Shown here piece after piece: positions 19,643-29,390 of a DNA stretch of 64,000 nucleotides. Position 1 is the stretch's first letter; each line of letters begins with the position of its first letter. Made by a program: the position numbers and the translations under genes. The DNA comes from Halobacteriovoraceae bacterium. Its GTDB lineage: Bacteria > Bdellovibrionota > Bacteriovoracia > Bacteriovoracales > Bacteriovoracaceae. The notes under the pieces were generated by a model. It had not been told where the DNA came from. It worked only from the letters and a program-made list of their open reading frames with translations, and searched no databases. Location: NCBI GenBank assembly GCA_963719505.1, contig CAVRCF010000002.1, positions 288,001-352,000 on the forward strand, given 5' to 3'.

Positions 19643-21345
19643 TGAATAAATTTACAACCTTTGCCTTTTTATTACTGGCCACTTTTGGCATGAGTAGTGC
19701 GAAAGCGGATAATGCACGGGTTATTGAAATCCAAGAGAAAATTAAAAGTGATATTTCTAGTTTTCTAGAAAAATTCTCTCCTAACACAAAGTATTCTGTG
19801 CAGGTTAAGGTTAAGCCGTTGAGGCGTCGATTTGATAAGTCTTCGCAAAGTGATAGTCTCCCTTTTATGGAATACCAAGATGATCTGATTTTAGATGAAT
19901 GGGACGACCCTAATACTAATATCTATTCACTTTACAGTCGTATTGCAGAAGCTCGTGTGTCAATCTTAATTGAAGACAAAGTTAAAATAGATAATAGAAG
20001 AAAGTTTAAAGAGGCGATCTTACAAGATGTGAATCTAATTCCAGGTAGAGATACTGTTGAGATTGAAGCCATTTCAACTCCTGTTTTAGAGAGCACTTTT
20101 AATTGGAAAGACCAAACTGAAATACTTCTCCTGGGTGTGATGCTTATTATTGCTGTGGTTTTAGGCGTAGGACTAAATTCCCTTTCAAAGAAGATCGTTC
20201 CCCAACAAGTAAGAAATGCTAGTGATAGTAAAGAATCAGCTCCATCATTTTCTGGAGCTGCTCCCGCTATGGCGTCAGCTCCTCAAAGTTCCGGGCCTAG
20301 TAAAAACAATTCTTTTGGTGAATTGAAAGGTGATCTCAATATTCAAGATCCCTCTAAAATAAATGAAGTCGTCGGAAAAAAGATTAACAAGTTATTAGAG
20401 TCAGAGGTTTTTCCTACGCTTGGAGATATGGTTATTCTTGAAGAGCTTTTAAAGAATGATCCTTCAAGTTTCAGTTACCTCGCTTTTGAATTCCCCCTAG
20501 AAGTTCAAAAGAGCATCTATCAGTTAGGACGAGGGGAGCAATGGTTTAAAGGTTTCTCTGAAGTAGGTTTCCCAAGTAAGGTGGTTTTAATTTCTCTAGA
20601 TAAAATGTTAAGAAATCGAACTGTTCATCAAAGTGAAAACTTTGAAAGCTTGCTTATTCACTCTTGGAGATTAGCAGCAAATTTAACACCATTTATTAAG
20701 ACGATGTCTAAGGAAGATGCATTTTCAATTCTTTATTTTCTTCCTAAAGATATATCAATACCTGTTGCTAGAGATTGCTTTCCTGGTTCGTGGGGAAGTA
20801 TCTTTGAAGAAAGAGCAACAACAACTTTAAAAGATGGACAAAAAATTCAAAAACTTCTAACTGAAGCTCTTAAACTTCAGCCTTACTTAAACTACGATTC
20901 ACTTCAGGTTTTTAAAAATAGAAAAGATCTTCTGTCCTATCTCGATACTGTTGAGCCACAAGATGAAAGAGACATCTATGCGGTCATGGGCGAACAAAAT
21001 GATCTTTCCTCTATTCGACCACCATTTTATACTTTTTTCGAATTAGAAAAAGAAGTCAGACAAAAAGTGTACTCAAAATTCTCTATGCAGGAATGGGCCG
21101 TGGCTTGTTTTAATATTGGGAGGCACGATAAAGATAAACTTACAGATCTGATGGATGAAAAAGAAAAATATCTTTTTAGTCATATTCTGAAAAATATTGA
21201 TCAAAATTCTCATCTTGCAGAAAACAAGGTTGAGATTAGGCATTCGATCGCCCATTTTGTTCATGAGAATCATTCACATAAAATGGTTGTGCCCGTTAAA
21301 GAAGTTGAAGGGATAGTCCAAGATGAACAAAATAATGTTGCCTAG
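19639..21345 (+). CDS. Single-TM protein: FliF ring-motif-like periplasmic domain plus FliG-like cytoplasmic domains (putative fused rotor)
   Basis: Signal peptide. aa ~101-146 RIAEARVSILI...AIL....L.PGRDTVEI resembles FliF I..LSVAV.V...RGD.V.V. TM at aa ~162-179. aa ~352-375 resembles FliG-M and aa ~431-542 resembles FliG-C. Confidence 0.6.
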   Translation: MMNKFTTFAFLLLATFGMSSAKADNARVIEIQEKIKSDISSFLEKFSPNTKYSVQVKVKPLRRRFDKSSQSDSLPFMEYQDDLILDEWDDPNTNIYSLYSRIAEARVSILIEDKVKIDNRRKFKEAILQDVNLIPGRDTVEIEAISTPVLESTFNWKDQTEILLLGVMLIIAVVLGVGLNSLSKKIVPQQVRNASDSKESAPSFSGAAPAMASAPQSSGPSKNNSFGELKGDLNIQDPSKINEVVGKKINKLLESEVFPTLGDMVILEELLKNDPSSFSYLAFEFPLEVQKSIYQLGRGEQWFKGFSEVGFPSKVVLISLDKMLRNRTVHQSENFESLLIHSWRLAANLTPFIKTMSKEDAFSILYFLPKDISIPVARDCFPGSWGSIFEERATTTLKDGQKIQKLLTEALKLQPYLNYDSLQVFKNRKDLLSYLDTVEPQDERDIYAVMGEQNDLSSIRPPFYTFFELEKEVRQKVYSKFSMQEWAVACFNIGRHDKDKLTDLMDEKEKYLFSHILKNIDQNSHLAENKVEIRHSIAHFVHENHSHKMVVPVKEVEGIVQDEQNNVA

Positions 21346-21886
21346 TAAAAAGATCTTTCTTTTAGCCTTAAGTTTTTTAAGCTTAAGTGCGTTTGGTCAA
21401 AAGTTGTCACTTGGTGCTGGGGCTTATTCTTTAAGTGCAAAAGTTGGAGATAACGAAACATCCGTTTCAAATATAGGGGCTTATAGAATACAGTTCCATT
21501 CTAAAATCCAAGAGCAATTTGAATTTCTCCTTGGGTATAATATTCTTATAGAAAATATTTATAGTGGAGATAAAGCTTTCGGTCCATTTGTGGGCTTTAG
21601 CTACTATCCTTTTGGATCAGAGACTTCCTCTCATTCTTCTTTGTCTAATTTATCTATTTCGAGCATTAAACTTTTAAACCCTTATCTCTATACTGGTTTT
21701 AACCAGCGACAGTATCAATCGGTGAAGGCGACTTATTCTGGCTTCTCTTTTGGTGGTGGCGCAGAGATAGGTTTTAACAAAGAGGTGGCGTTCTTTGCAG
21801 ATATGCAGTACGCGATGCTTGATGGGCCAAACGAGGGTGAGGCGACTGAGTTTATGGGGATCGCTGGAATTATGTATCACTACTAG
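21323..21886 (+). CDS. Small outer-membrane beta-barrel protein
   Basis: Signal peptide, alternating aromatic/Gly strands, PYLYTG, C-terminal aromatic (GIMYHY). Confidence 0.72.
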   Translation: MNKIMLPSKKIFLLALSFLSLSAFGQKLSLGAGAYSLSAKVGDNETSVSNIGAYRIQFHSKIQEQFEFLLGYNILIENIYSGDKAFGPFVGFSYYPFGSETSSHSSLSNLSISSIKLLNPYLYTGFNQRQYQSVKATYSGFSFGGGAEIGFNKEVAFFADMQYAMLDGPNEGEATEFMGIAGIMYHY

Positions 21887-21969
21887 TCTTTTAGAAGAGG
21901 CAATTGCCACGATAAAATGGCAATAAAAGAGATGGTTTAGAGGTCTAAACTCTCTAAATTGTTGATAAC

Positions 21970-21997
21970 TTAAGAGAAACTTAATTCTAGCCGAAAG
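21970..21997 (+). promoter_or_regulatory. sigma28 (FliA)-like promoter for the NHL adhesin gene
   Basis: TTAAG-N15-GCCGAAAG, 8 nt before ATG 22006. Confidence 0.55.
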
Positions 21998-22005
21998 GTC
22001 TTATA

Positions 22006-25000
22006 ATGAAAAATATGAAAATAATATCGTTACTCTTTTTTACTCTTTTCCTAACCGCTTCTTGTCAAGAAGGTGGGGATAAAGGGTTCTCAGGTCTTGA
22101 GGATTCTGTTGAAACAGTTGGTGACAGCACACCTACTGAGGTCGCAGTAGAAATTCGTTCGGTTTCACCAACGGTGAATCCCATCGTTCTAGTGGCCAAC
22201 AACACTCAAACTTTTGCCGTTCAAGTCAACAGTGGAGCGGGAGAGGTGACTTATACTTTTAAATTAGATGGATCTCTTTTACAAAACTCTAATTCACCTT
22301 TCTATAATTTAGAAGCTTCTGGACTTACATCTGGTAGCCATACTCTTGAAGTGACAGCAACAAACTCTCTTTCTAGTGATTCTCATACTTTTAACTTGAG
22401 AAAAAATACGGCTCCAGTCATAAGTTTAGATTCAAATACTTCACAAACAATCAGTTGTGTTTCGGATTCATTTCAATTGGATATTACAGCAGCTGATGCT
22501 GATGGGGATAGTTTAAGTTATGACTTTTATCTCAATGGCTCTGCCGGAAGTTCTTATTTAACGACAAGTACGGGGTTGAGTTCGGCGACTTTAGTCTTTA
22601 CTCCAAATTGTACTTTATCTGGCACAAGTAATGTCACTATTCGAGTGACAGACTCCCATGGAGAGTATGACGAATACACTATGGCCGTGACGGTTAGTAA
22701 TCCAAATATCGCGACCGTTGATTCTTATTCTCCAAGTGCAGACCCCGTTCAAGTTTTAAGTTCGGCCAGTCAAACTTTTAGTATCAGTGCTTCAGGAAAA
22801 GCGCCTCTCACTTACCAGTGGGAGCTTGATGGAGTTATCATAGGAACTGCTTTGGGTGCCATTCATACCCTTGCCTCTGGAGATATTACGGCAGGTGCTC
22901 ACACTTTAAAAGTAACGGTTAGTGATTCGGATAGTAGTGACTCCCATACTTTTAATATCGTTAAAAACGTGGCTCCAGTAATTTCTGGAGAGAGCCCCTC
23001 AGAGTCGTCAATAAAACAAAATTACGAAATTATAAAAACATTTTCGGTTGATGCAACTGATGCCAATAGCGATGCTCTAACCTTTACTTGGACCCTCAAT
23101 GGTGGTTCGAGCTCGACAATTGCAACCAGTAGATCAGGCAATACATCGTCCGCGATTTTTACCCCCACGGAATTAATTATCGGGAACCATACTTTAGCCG
23201 TAACAGTTAGTGATGGACTTGAAACAGACACTCATTCTTGGACTATTGCTGTCAATAGGTTTAGTACAGCCTGTAATGAACTTTCTCAAGGTGAGGTTTG
23301 TACAGTGGTTGGGCCAGTTGGTTTTAATAGTGGGGGAAGCACCGAAACAGCAAAAGCTCTAAGAGGTATTCCTCGATACATGACGAAAGACTCATTTGAT
23401 AATATGTATATTGCCGATACAGATAATCATGTCATTTGGTATTACAACTTCTCAATTGTGGACAGAACTGTTCATGGTATTGATGTGCCTGCTTATACAG
23501 CTAAAATTATCCTAGGAAATGGTGTTGCCGGACAAACGGTCGATGGAAGAAAAAATTCTGACTTTAAACTCAATAGCCCAAGAGACCTCGTTTATGATTC
23601 TGAGACTGATTCTCTCTTTGTTGCAGATTATTCAAATAACAGAGTTGTTCAACTTCTTTCGGATGGATCAGCAAGACAAGCCTTGTGTTACGGTGGAACG
23701 GCAAATAACGAAGCTTATAATGAAGATGGACTGGCGCTCACAAGATCTTGTTATGCTCCCATTGGTTTGGCATTAGATACGACTAATAGAAAAATTTATG
23801 TTGCCGTCTATGGCCACCATAATATTAAACAATTCGATATTAGTGATTCAGATTATACAAACTGGACCGGTGGTGTTTTGATTGGTCGAAAAAATGGCAA
23901 TGGCTCTGTTGCAGCTGGATACGATGATAATGGAGTTGCCTTTGGTTATACGGCTGGTGGTGCTCGTACTCAAAATCCTTGGGACCTCGAGTTGAATGCG
24001 GATGGATCGCTCTTATTTTTCACTGAATATGCTGGAGATAGATTAAAGGTTGCCAACCTCTCAAACTCAACAAAAACCCTCATCAATGGGACTCTCAGTA
24101 TTAGTGCTGGGCATATTAAAAAAGTAGTTGGAAATGGAGCCGGTGTTACCGAGGGAAATTATACTTCAGCGAAGATAGATCAGCCTATGGGGATAGCGCT
24201 GTTTGAAGATGCAGGAACTTTAAAAGGTATTTTTGTTGTCTCTTATAATAGACATGTTGTGAATTTCATCAACAACACGGCTTCAACTATCACCATCGGA
24301 GATACCGATGTCGCAGTAGAGCAACTTGGCTGGGTTTTTGGGGATAGAGGTGCCTATTATAATGGAGATGGAAATACTGGACGTCTCACAAGTATTTGGT
24401 CACCTCGCGGACTCGAAGTTATTGGAGACACATTGTATGTTTCAACTCTTTCAACGGCAATGGTGAGATCATTGGATATAAGTGTCAACGATGGAGATGT
24501 GGGGACAAAAGTTCACGCGGATGTTATTGAAGACTTTGTTAGTTCAAACAATCCAAATTCAGTTAGGCTTTTTAATCCAACTTATCTAGCTTCTCACCCA
24601 ACAAATAAAGAAATTTTTTGGGGAGAGGAAGGCAGTGGAAAGATTAGAAAATTTAACACTCAAACCGGCACTGTTAATGAAGTATTAGGACTTGGGCGCT
24701 CTCATCAAGATCAAGATATGCAAACAGCTGATAATATTTATAATCAAGGAATCAAAGGTCTCTCATTTCACAATGGACAACTCCTTTATGTCGATAGAAA
24801 TAATCCAACGGGAGTGGACCGTGCTTGTCGAGTGAGAGCTTTTAATCAATCTGGAAGCACTTCGACTTTCTTCGGTACTCCGATAGGGAATGGTTTAATT
24901 GGTATTGTTGCCGGAGACTGGACTAAAGGGTGTAATAATTGGGAAAATCTTGTTGGTGCCCAAGCGACAAGTGTTGCTATTAAATCACCCGAATCCATCG

Positions 25001-25650
25001 TTTCAGATGGAACAAATTTATATATTTCTAACCCTTATTCACATTGTATATTAAAAGTAGACTCTTCAGGTGTGATCTCTGAATTTTCAGGAGACTGTGA
25101 TTCTGCTGGTGATGTTCCTGGAGCAATAGGATCTACCTCAGTTCGCTACAGTTATCCTTCAGGTCTGTTTATGGATCCTGAATATCCAGGAAACATGTTT
25201 GTCGTAGATAGATCAAATATTTTTAACAGCAGTTATCTTAAATATATAAATCAATCAGGCTCTGACATAACAATCGCGGGAACTACCGTGCCAGCAGGTG
25301 ACGTTGCAACGATTTTTACGACCTCTGGTTTTACATCTACAGTGGCCGCTTACGGAAACTGGATTTGCTATAATTCAACCTATTTTCTAGGATATAACGA
25401 CGCCCGCGCTAACGATAACGTCAATTGTTTTGATAGAACGAATAATTTAGGCGTTGTGGCTTTCAGAATTGGAAATAGCGACAGCGATACAATTAAAGGT
25501 GGAAGGCAGTTGTCGGACGAATACGAAGGGGCCAACTCCTTATCAGTGAGACTTGCTAAACCGCTGGGGCTAGCTTTTGACGCCGACGGAAACCTTTACA
25601 TAACTGAAGTTATTGGAAACACCATCAAGATGGTTAAGCGCTGGTACTAA
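22006..25650 (+). CDS. Giant surface lipoprotein: tandem Ig/PKD-like domains followed by NHL-repeat beta-propellers
   Basis: Lipobox LTASC. Duplicated Ig pairs (..W/F.LDG....HTL.VT....SDSHTFN..KN.APVIS..). NHL motifs such as YIADTDNH, LFVADYSNNRV and P.GLAFDADGNLYITE. Confidence 0.85.
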   Translation: MKNMKIISLLFFTLFLTASCQEGGDKGFSGLEDSVETVGDSTPTEVAVEIRSVSPTVNPIVLVANNTQTFAVQVNSGAGEVTYTFKLDGSLLQNSNSPFYNLEASGLTSGSHTLEVTATNSLSSDSHTFNLRKNTAPVISLDSNTSQTISCVSDSFQLDITAADADGDSLSYDFYLNGSAGSSYLTTSTGLSSATLVFTPNCTLSGTSNVTIRVTDSHGEYDEYTMAVTVSNPNIATVDSYSPSADPVQVLSSASQTFSISASGKAPLTYQWELDGVIIGTALGAIHTLASGDITAGAHTLKVTVSDSDSSDSHTFNIVKNVAPVISGESPSESSIKQNYEIIKTFSVDATDANSDALTFTWTLNGGSSSTIATSRSGNTSSAIFTPTELIIGNHTLAVTVSDGLETDTHSWTIAVNRFSTACNELSQGEVCTVVGPVGFNSGGSTETAKALRGIPRYMTKDSFDNMYIADTDNHVIWYYNFSIVDRTVHGIDVPAYTAKIILGNGVAGQTVDGRKNSDFKLNSPRDLVYDSETDSLFVADYSNNRVVQLLSDGSARQALCYGGTANNEAYNEDGLALTRSCYAPIGLALDTTNRKIYVAVYGHHNIKQFDISDSDYTNWTGGVLIGRKNGNGSVAAGYDDNGVAFGYTAGGARTQNPWDLELNADGSLLFFTEYAGDRLKVANLSNSTKTLINGTLSISAGHIKKVVGNGAGVTEGNYTSAKIDQPMGIALFEDAGTLKGIFVVSYNRHVVNFINNTASTITIGDTDVAVEQLGWVFGDRGAYYNGDGNTGRLTSIWSPRGLEVIGDTLYVSTLSTAMVRSLDISVNDGDVGTKVHADVIEDFVSSNNPNSVRLFNPTYLASHPTNKEIFWGEEGSGKIRKFNTQTGTVNEVLGLGRSHQDQDMQTADNIYNQGIKGLSFHNGQLLYVDRNNPTGVDRACRVRAFNQSGSTSTFFGTPIGNGLIGIVAGDWTKGCNNWENLVGAQATSVAIKSPESIVSDGTNLYISNPYSHCILKVDSSGVISEFSGDCDSAGDVPGAIGSTSVRYSYPSGLFMDPEYPGNMFVVDRSNIFNSSYLKYINQSGSDITIAGTTVPAGDVATIFTTSGFTSTVAAYGNWICYNSTYFLGYNDARANDNVNCFDRTNNLGVVAFRIGNSDSDTIKGGRQLSDEYEGANSLSVRLAKPLGLAFDADGNLYITEVIGNTIKMVKRWY

Positions 25651-25877
25651 GGAGTCTTACTCTTTTGTAATTTAATAAAAAGGTTTTCAACTTTTGTTCT
25701 CGCCCAAGGAGTCTTACGCAAAAAGGTGAGACTTGATTTTATACTGGGGTCAGTTGTAAAACAGCGAATATCGATACGTGCTCCCAGCTGTTCAAAGCCA
25801 TAATTTTCAACAAGCTGTTCGAGTATCATTTTTAACGTGACGCCATCTAAAAAATTATGTCTCTCAGAGTTTTTCAT
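25647..25877 (-). CDS. VF530/DUF2132-family small DNA-binding protein
   Basis: LDGVTL..ILE.LV..YG.E.LG..I.IRCF..DPSIKSSL.FLRKTPWAR.KVE. Confidence 0.88.
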   Translation of the reverse strand: MKNSERHNFLDGVTLKMILEQLVENYGFEQLGARIDIRCFTTDPSIKSSLTFLRKTPWARTKVENLFIKLQKSKTP

Positions 25878-26074
25878 ATCTCTATATAAGCCTTTAAATT
25901 GATTGTTCTGCATGAATTTATCGAATCTCACTAAGTTCTTCAAGTGAATTCTAATAACTCTGGCTCTTCTATAAGTCTCCTTCTTTCATTGCGTTGATCT
26001 GGCTTTTAACACAGAGAACACTTTAAACAATGAGCAGTTTCTTGTATAGTAATCTCAAGCGAAAAGGTGACCGT

Positions 26075-27910
26075 ATGATTGATGAAAAGACAGTAAGTTT
26101 TGTAAAAGAAGTTCTCGAAAATATGCCAGCGGATTGGGTCAATCTGACAACGCATCGATTAGACATCTATAATGAAAAATTGGCCAAAGTGGAATTTCTC
26201 ACTCAGTTTGAAAATTTACTGGGAAGCCAACAAGATGAGCTTAAAGCTCAGTTAGAAGAATTACCAACGGCTTTCGATTATATCAGATTAGGGCATCCAC
26301 TTTCTTGTATTCTTGAATGGGTGATTGCTAAATCTCAAAAAGCGAATATTGAAAGTGTAATCTCCTTCTCTTCTCAAAGTATGCCCATACTGGCCATTTT
26401 AAGAAAAAATTCTTTGGAAAATACAAAAACTCGTATCCTCCATCAAGGTCATCTACCCCATCATTTTGACCATGAGCTTTTACAGAAGGTTTACGATTAT
26501 AAGTTTGAACTGTCGAAAGTAGAGGGGCCACTAACTGAATTTGATGGTTCGACTATTTTGATAAAGAGCTTCGATGATTTAGATCAAACAAATATCCATG
26601 GAGATGTCGATTTCGTCGTGGCCCTTAATGATCAAGGTAGCATAACCATCGTTAACCGAGACAAAAATAAAGAGTATATCTCTGAAATTCAGCACGTAAG
26701 AAGAAGAGAGTCTATTGCGATGACTCCTCATGACTGCTTGTCCTTTCTTGAAAAGATTATAGGACAAAGTACTATGGTTAAAAGTCTTAACCCAGATAGG
26801 GAATCTTTAGTTAAAACCATTCAAAGTATTACGAATACATCCACCATGCCCTCTATTGGGTCATGTGGTTTATCAGTTCAGTATGCAATTATGATGGGTC
26901 TTATTCACCACTGCCTAGACACTCATCCAGGTAAAGCGATTAAGTTTTTAGTCCCACCAAACTGCTACGGAGGAACGAATGATCAAGCCAGACGAGTGGC
27001 CGCGGTTGTTCCGAATGTTGAGATCGTTGATCTTCCGGTTGATAGTGGCAATGACATGGTTCAAAGTCTTGATAGAGTATTAGGAGAAGTTGCCAAAGAA
27101 GATGCTCTGGCTTTTATTATTGCTGAGATTCCAACGAATCCCAGAGTTGAAGTTCCAGATCTTATTCAGCTAAAAGAGGTTTTAACACTCACTCGTAAGA
27201 CTTCGACCGGGGCACAAGCCACTGCTCCCGTTTTTATTTTGGACCAAACCTTTTGTCCTAATGTTAAGTTTTTAGGAGAAGGGGATTTTCTCTCAAGCGT
27301 TGCCACTATTTCTTATGTTAGTGGATCAAAATTCCCAAGTGGTGGCCTTTGTACAGCGGGGTATAGTGTCGCAAACAAAAAAGCTGAGCATCTAGTGAAT
27401 TATGTCGAGAGACATCTTAAGCTTTGTGATAACGTTGCGACAGATTTTCAGATCGATGTCTTATCAAAACAGATGCCATCGATGAATAAAAGAATAGAAG
27501 ACGCTTACAAAAACACCAGAGAGTTTGTGGATTATATTCAATCAACTCTTCCTACGGCCAAGATTAATTTTGTTTCACGGCAGTTAGCTCAAGATGGTTT
27601 TACACCATCAGTTTTCTCTCTCGATCTTCCAACTATTGGTGATTCTCATGCGGAGCGAGAATTACATAAAAGAGATTTAAATTTAAAGCTTATTAAATTA
27701 ATGATTAAGGAGATACCAACTGAGAGTAAATTCTGTGTGAGTTATGGTCAACTTCAAGGATGCTACTGGACTATACCTGCAACATCTACTCAGGGAACAA
27801 CAAAAGAAGGAGATAAGGACTATATTGTCAGGGTCTCTCTTTCTCCAAAGCTAGATGTTAATAGGCACAAGGAAGTATTTTCACTTTTTTGTCGTCAATA
27901 TATTAATTAA
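26075..27910 (+). CDS. PLP-dependent Cys/Met-metabolism enzyme (cystathionine gamma-synthase/beta-lyase fold) with long N-terminal extension
   Basis: CYGGT, AEIPTNP, LDQTF, SGSKFPSGG (Schiff-base Lys), VSYG, VRVS. SD AAGG before ATG 26075. Confidence 0.78.
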   Translation: MIDEKTVSFVKEVLENMPADWVNLTTHRLDIYNEKLAKVEFLTQFENLLGSQQDELKAQLEELPTAFDYIRLGHPLSCILEWVIAKSQKANIESVISFSSQSMPILAILRKNSLENTKTRILHQGHLPHHFDHELLQKVYDYKFELSKVEGPLTEFDGSTILIKSFDDLDQTNIHGDVDFVVALNDQGSITIVNRDKNKEYISEIQHVRRRESIAMTPHDCLSFLEKIIGQSTMVKSLNPDRESLVKTIQSITNTSTMPSIGSCGLSVQYAIMMGLIHHCLDTHPGKAIKFLVPPNCYGGTNDQARRVAAVVPNVEIVDLPVDSGNDMVQSLDRVLGEVAKEDALAFIIAEIPTNPRVEVPDLIQLKEVLTLTRKTSTGAQATAPVFILDQTFCPNVKFLGEGDFLSSVATISYVSGSKFPSGGLCTAGYSVANKKAEHLVNYVERHLKLCDNVATDFQIDVLSKQMPSMNKRIEDAYKNTREFVDYIQSTLPTAKINFVSRQLAQDGFTPSVFSLDLPTIGDSHAERELHKRDLNLKLIKLMIKEIPTESKFCVSYGQLQGCYWTIPATSTQGTTKEGDKDYIVRVSLSPKLDVNRHKEVFSLFCRQYIN

Positions 27911-27922
27911 GGCTATTTAGAA

Positions 27923-29002
27923 ATGAATATCATTTTTTTTATCTGTAGCTTTTTAATACTATGTACTTTGGTCTTTCCTCTTATAAGATCAACATTTTGG
28001 TTTATTAGAGCTTTTGACTTTCCACGATTTCAAATCGTGCTTTTGGTTCTGCTCTATCTTTTAACCACACCCTTTTATATTGAAAATAAAATTTATATAA
28101 GTATTGCAGTTGTCTTGAGTCTTTTAAGTCTTGTTCTTGATATTTACCGTGTTGGTCCGTATATTTCTCTATGGAAAATTGAATCGAAAATTAGTGGGAA
28201 AACACAAAAGCCTCAGATCAAAATTCTATCCGCCAACGTCTTTGTGAATAATACTAACTACGAAAGTCTTCTAAAAGCTGTCGAAAAGTCAGATCCAGAT
28301 ATCGTCCTGCTTCTTGAACCCGATAAAGAGTGGGAAAATGGTGTCAAAAAATTAGAGCAAACGTTTGAGCATGTGAAACTGGTACCTAAAGATAATACTT
28401 ATGGAATGCTATTGTATTCAAAGTTTGAGCTAATTGATACCGAAGTAAAATACCTTATTGATGAAAAAGTTCCTTCAATATTTACCAAAGTGAAATTGGA
28501 TAATGGGCAAAAGGTAGAACTCATTTGTGTTCATCCAAGACCGCCACGTCCAAGCGAGTCTTCAAGTTTACAAAGAGATGCAGAGCTTATCACCGTCGCG
28601 AATTATGTTAAAGAGAAAGAAGGTACGCCTATACTTATTTTGGGTGATCTTAATGATGTCGCCTGGTCCCATACGACAAGACTTTTCAAAAGAGTAAGTG
28701 GAACTCTTGATCCAAGAATCGGTCGTGGTTTTTACAATACATTTCCAGTTAAATGGCCTTTTTTACGGGTTCCACTTGATCATATCTTTCATACCCCAGT
28801 TCTAAGTATGAGAGAAATCAAAGTGCTCAAATCCATTGGCTCTGATCATTTCCCCATTACTGTCTCTTTTGATCTTAATAATAAAGACAGTGGAAAAGCT
28901 AATCCAGAAGATGAAAGTGATAGGGAAGAGTCTAAAGAAGTTTTAAATAAGGGCAAAAAGTATAAAGGACCCGACGAGGAAGTAAAGAAAGAGAATGAGT
29001 AG
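27923..29002 (+). CDS. Membrane-anchored endonuclease/exonuclease/phosphatase-family protein
   Basis: Three N-terminal TMs; ANV, PDIVLLLE, HPRPP, GDLNDVAWS, LDHIF, GSDHFP. Confidence 0.88.
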   Translation: MNIIFFICSFLILCTLVFPLIRSTFWFIRAFDFPRFQIVLLVLLYLLTTPFYIENKIYISIAVVLSLLSLVLDIYRVGPYISLWKIESKISGKTQKPQIKILSANVFVNNTNYESLLKAVEKSDPDIVLLLEPDKEWENGVKKLEQTFEHVKLVPKDNTYGMLLYSKFELIDTEVKYLIDEKVPSIFTKVKLDNGQKVELICVHPRPPRPSESSSLQRDAELITVANYVKEKEGTPILILGDLNDVAWSHTTRLFKRVSGTLDPRIGRGFYNTFPVKWPFLRVPLDHIFHTPVLSMREIKVLKSIGSDHFPITVSFDLNNKDSGKANPEDESDREESKEVLNKGKKYKGPDEEVKKENE

Positions 29003-29172
29003 TCACGATTGCTAATATATCTAGTGTCCCTTCAACATGTATAGGCGTATCGACTCCTTTAAAATCCAAAGAGTGTTTAAAGACGAAAAGAGAGGAAGGA
29101 GCAGAAAGGTTCCTCTCTCATTATTTAAAAGGTGAGCAGTTACAGTCATTTAGAGATAAAAGAGCATTTATA

Positions 29173-29200
29173 TTAATGGTTGTTGCTATTAACCCGATAA
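29173..29200 (+). promoter_or_regulatory. sigma28-like promoter upstream of the RRM gene
   Basis: TTAAT-N15-CCCGATAA. Confidence 0.4.
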
Positions 29201-29390
29201 GTATGTACAGTAGTTATAGTTAAAGTATTTATTTTCGGTTTCAGTATCTTATCAAGTAATTAAAATCCAAAACAAATTCATCTTTATAACAAAAAATCTC
29301 GGGCTAGAACGATCTAGCAGGGAAGACAAAGCACTCGTTTCGCTTGGAGCGAATGGGGCTTTAGCACTCACTATATTCAAGGAGAATCAA

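Noticed and set aside
17581-21886. Ordinary flagellar gene cluster
   Set aside because: No other flagellar structural, export or chemotaxis genes are in the window, and the neighbours are not flagellar components.
21903-21958. Two small hairpins (ATTGCCA/TGGCAAT and TTTAGAG/CTCTAAA) as an ncRNA
   Set aside because: Short stems with no further support; at most a terminator or processing site between the operon and the adhesin gene.
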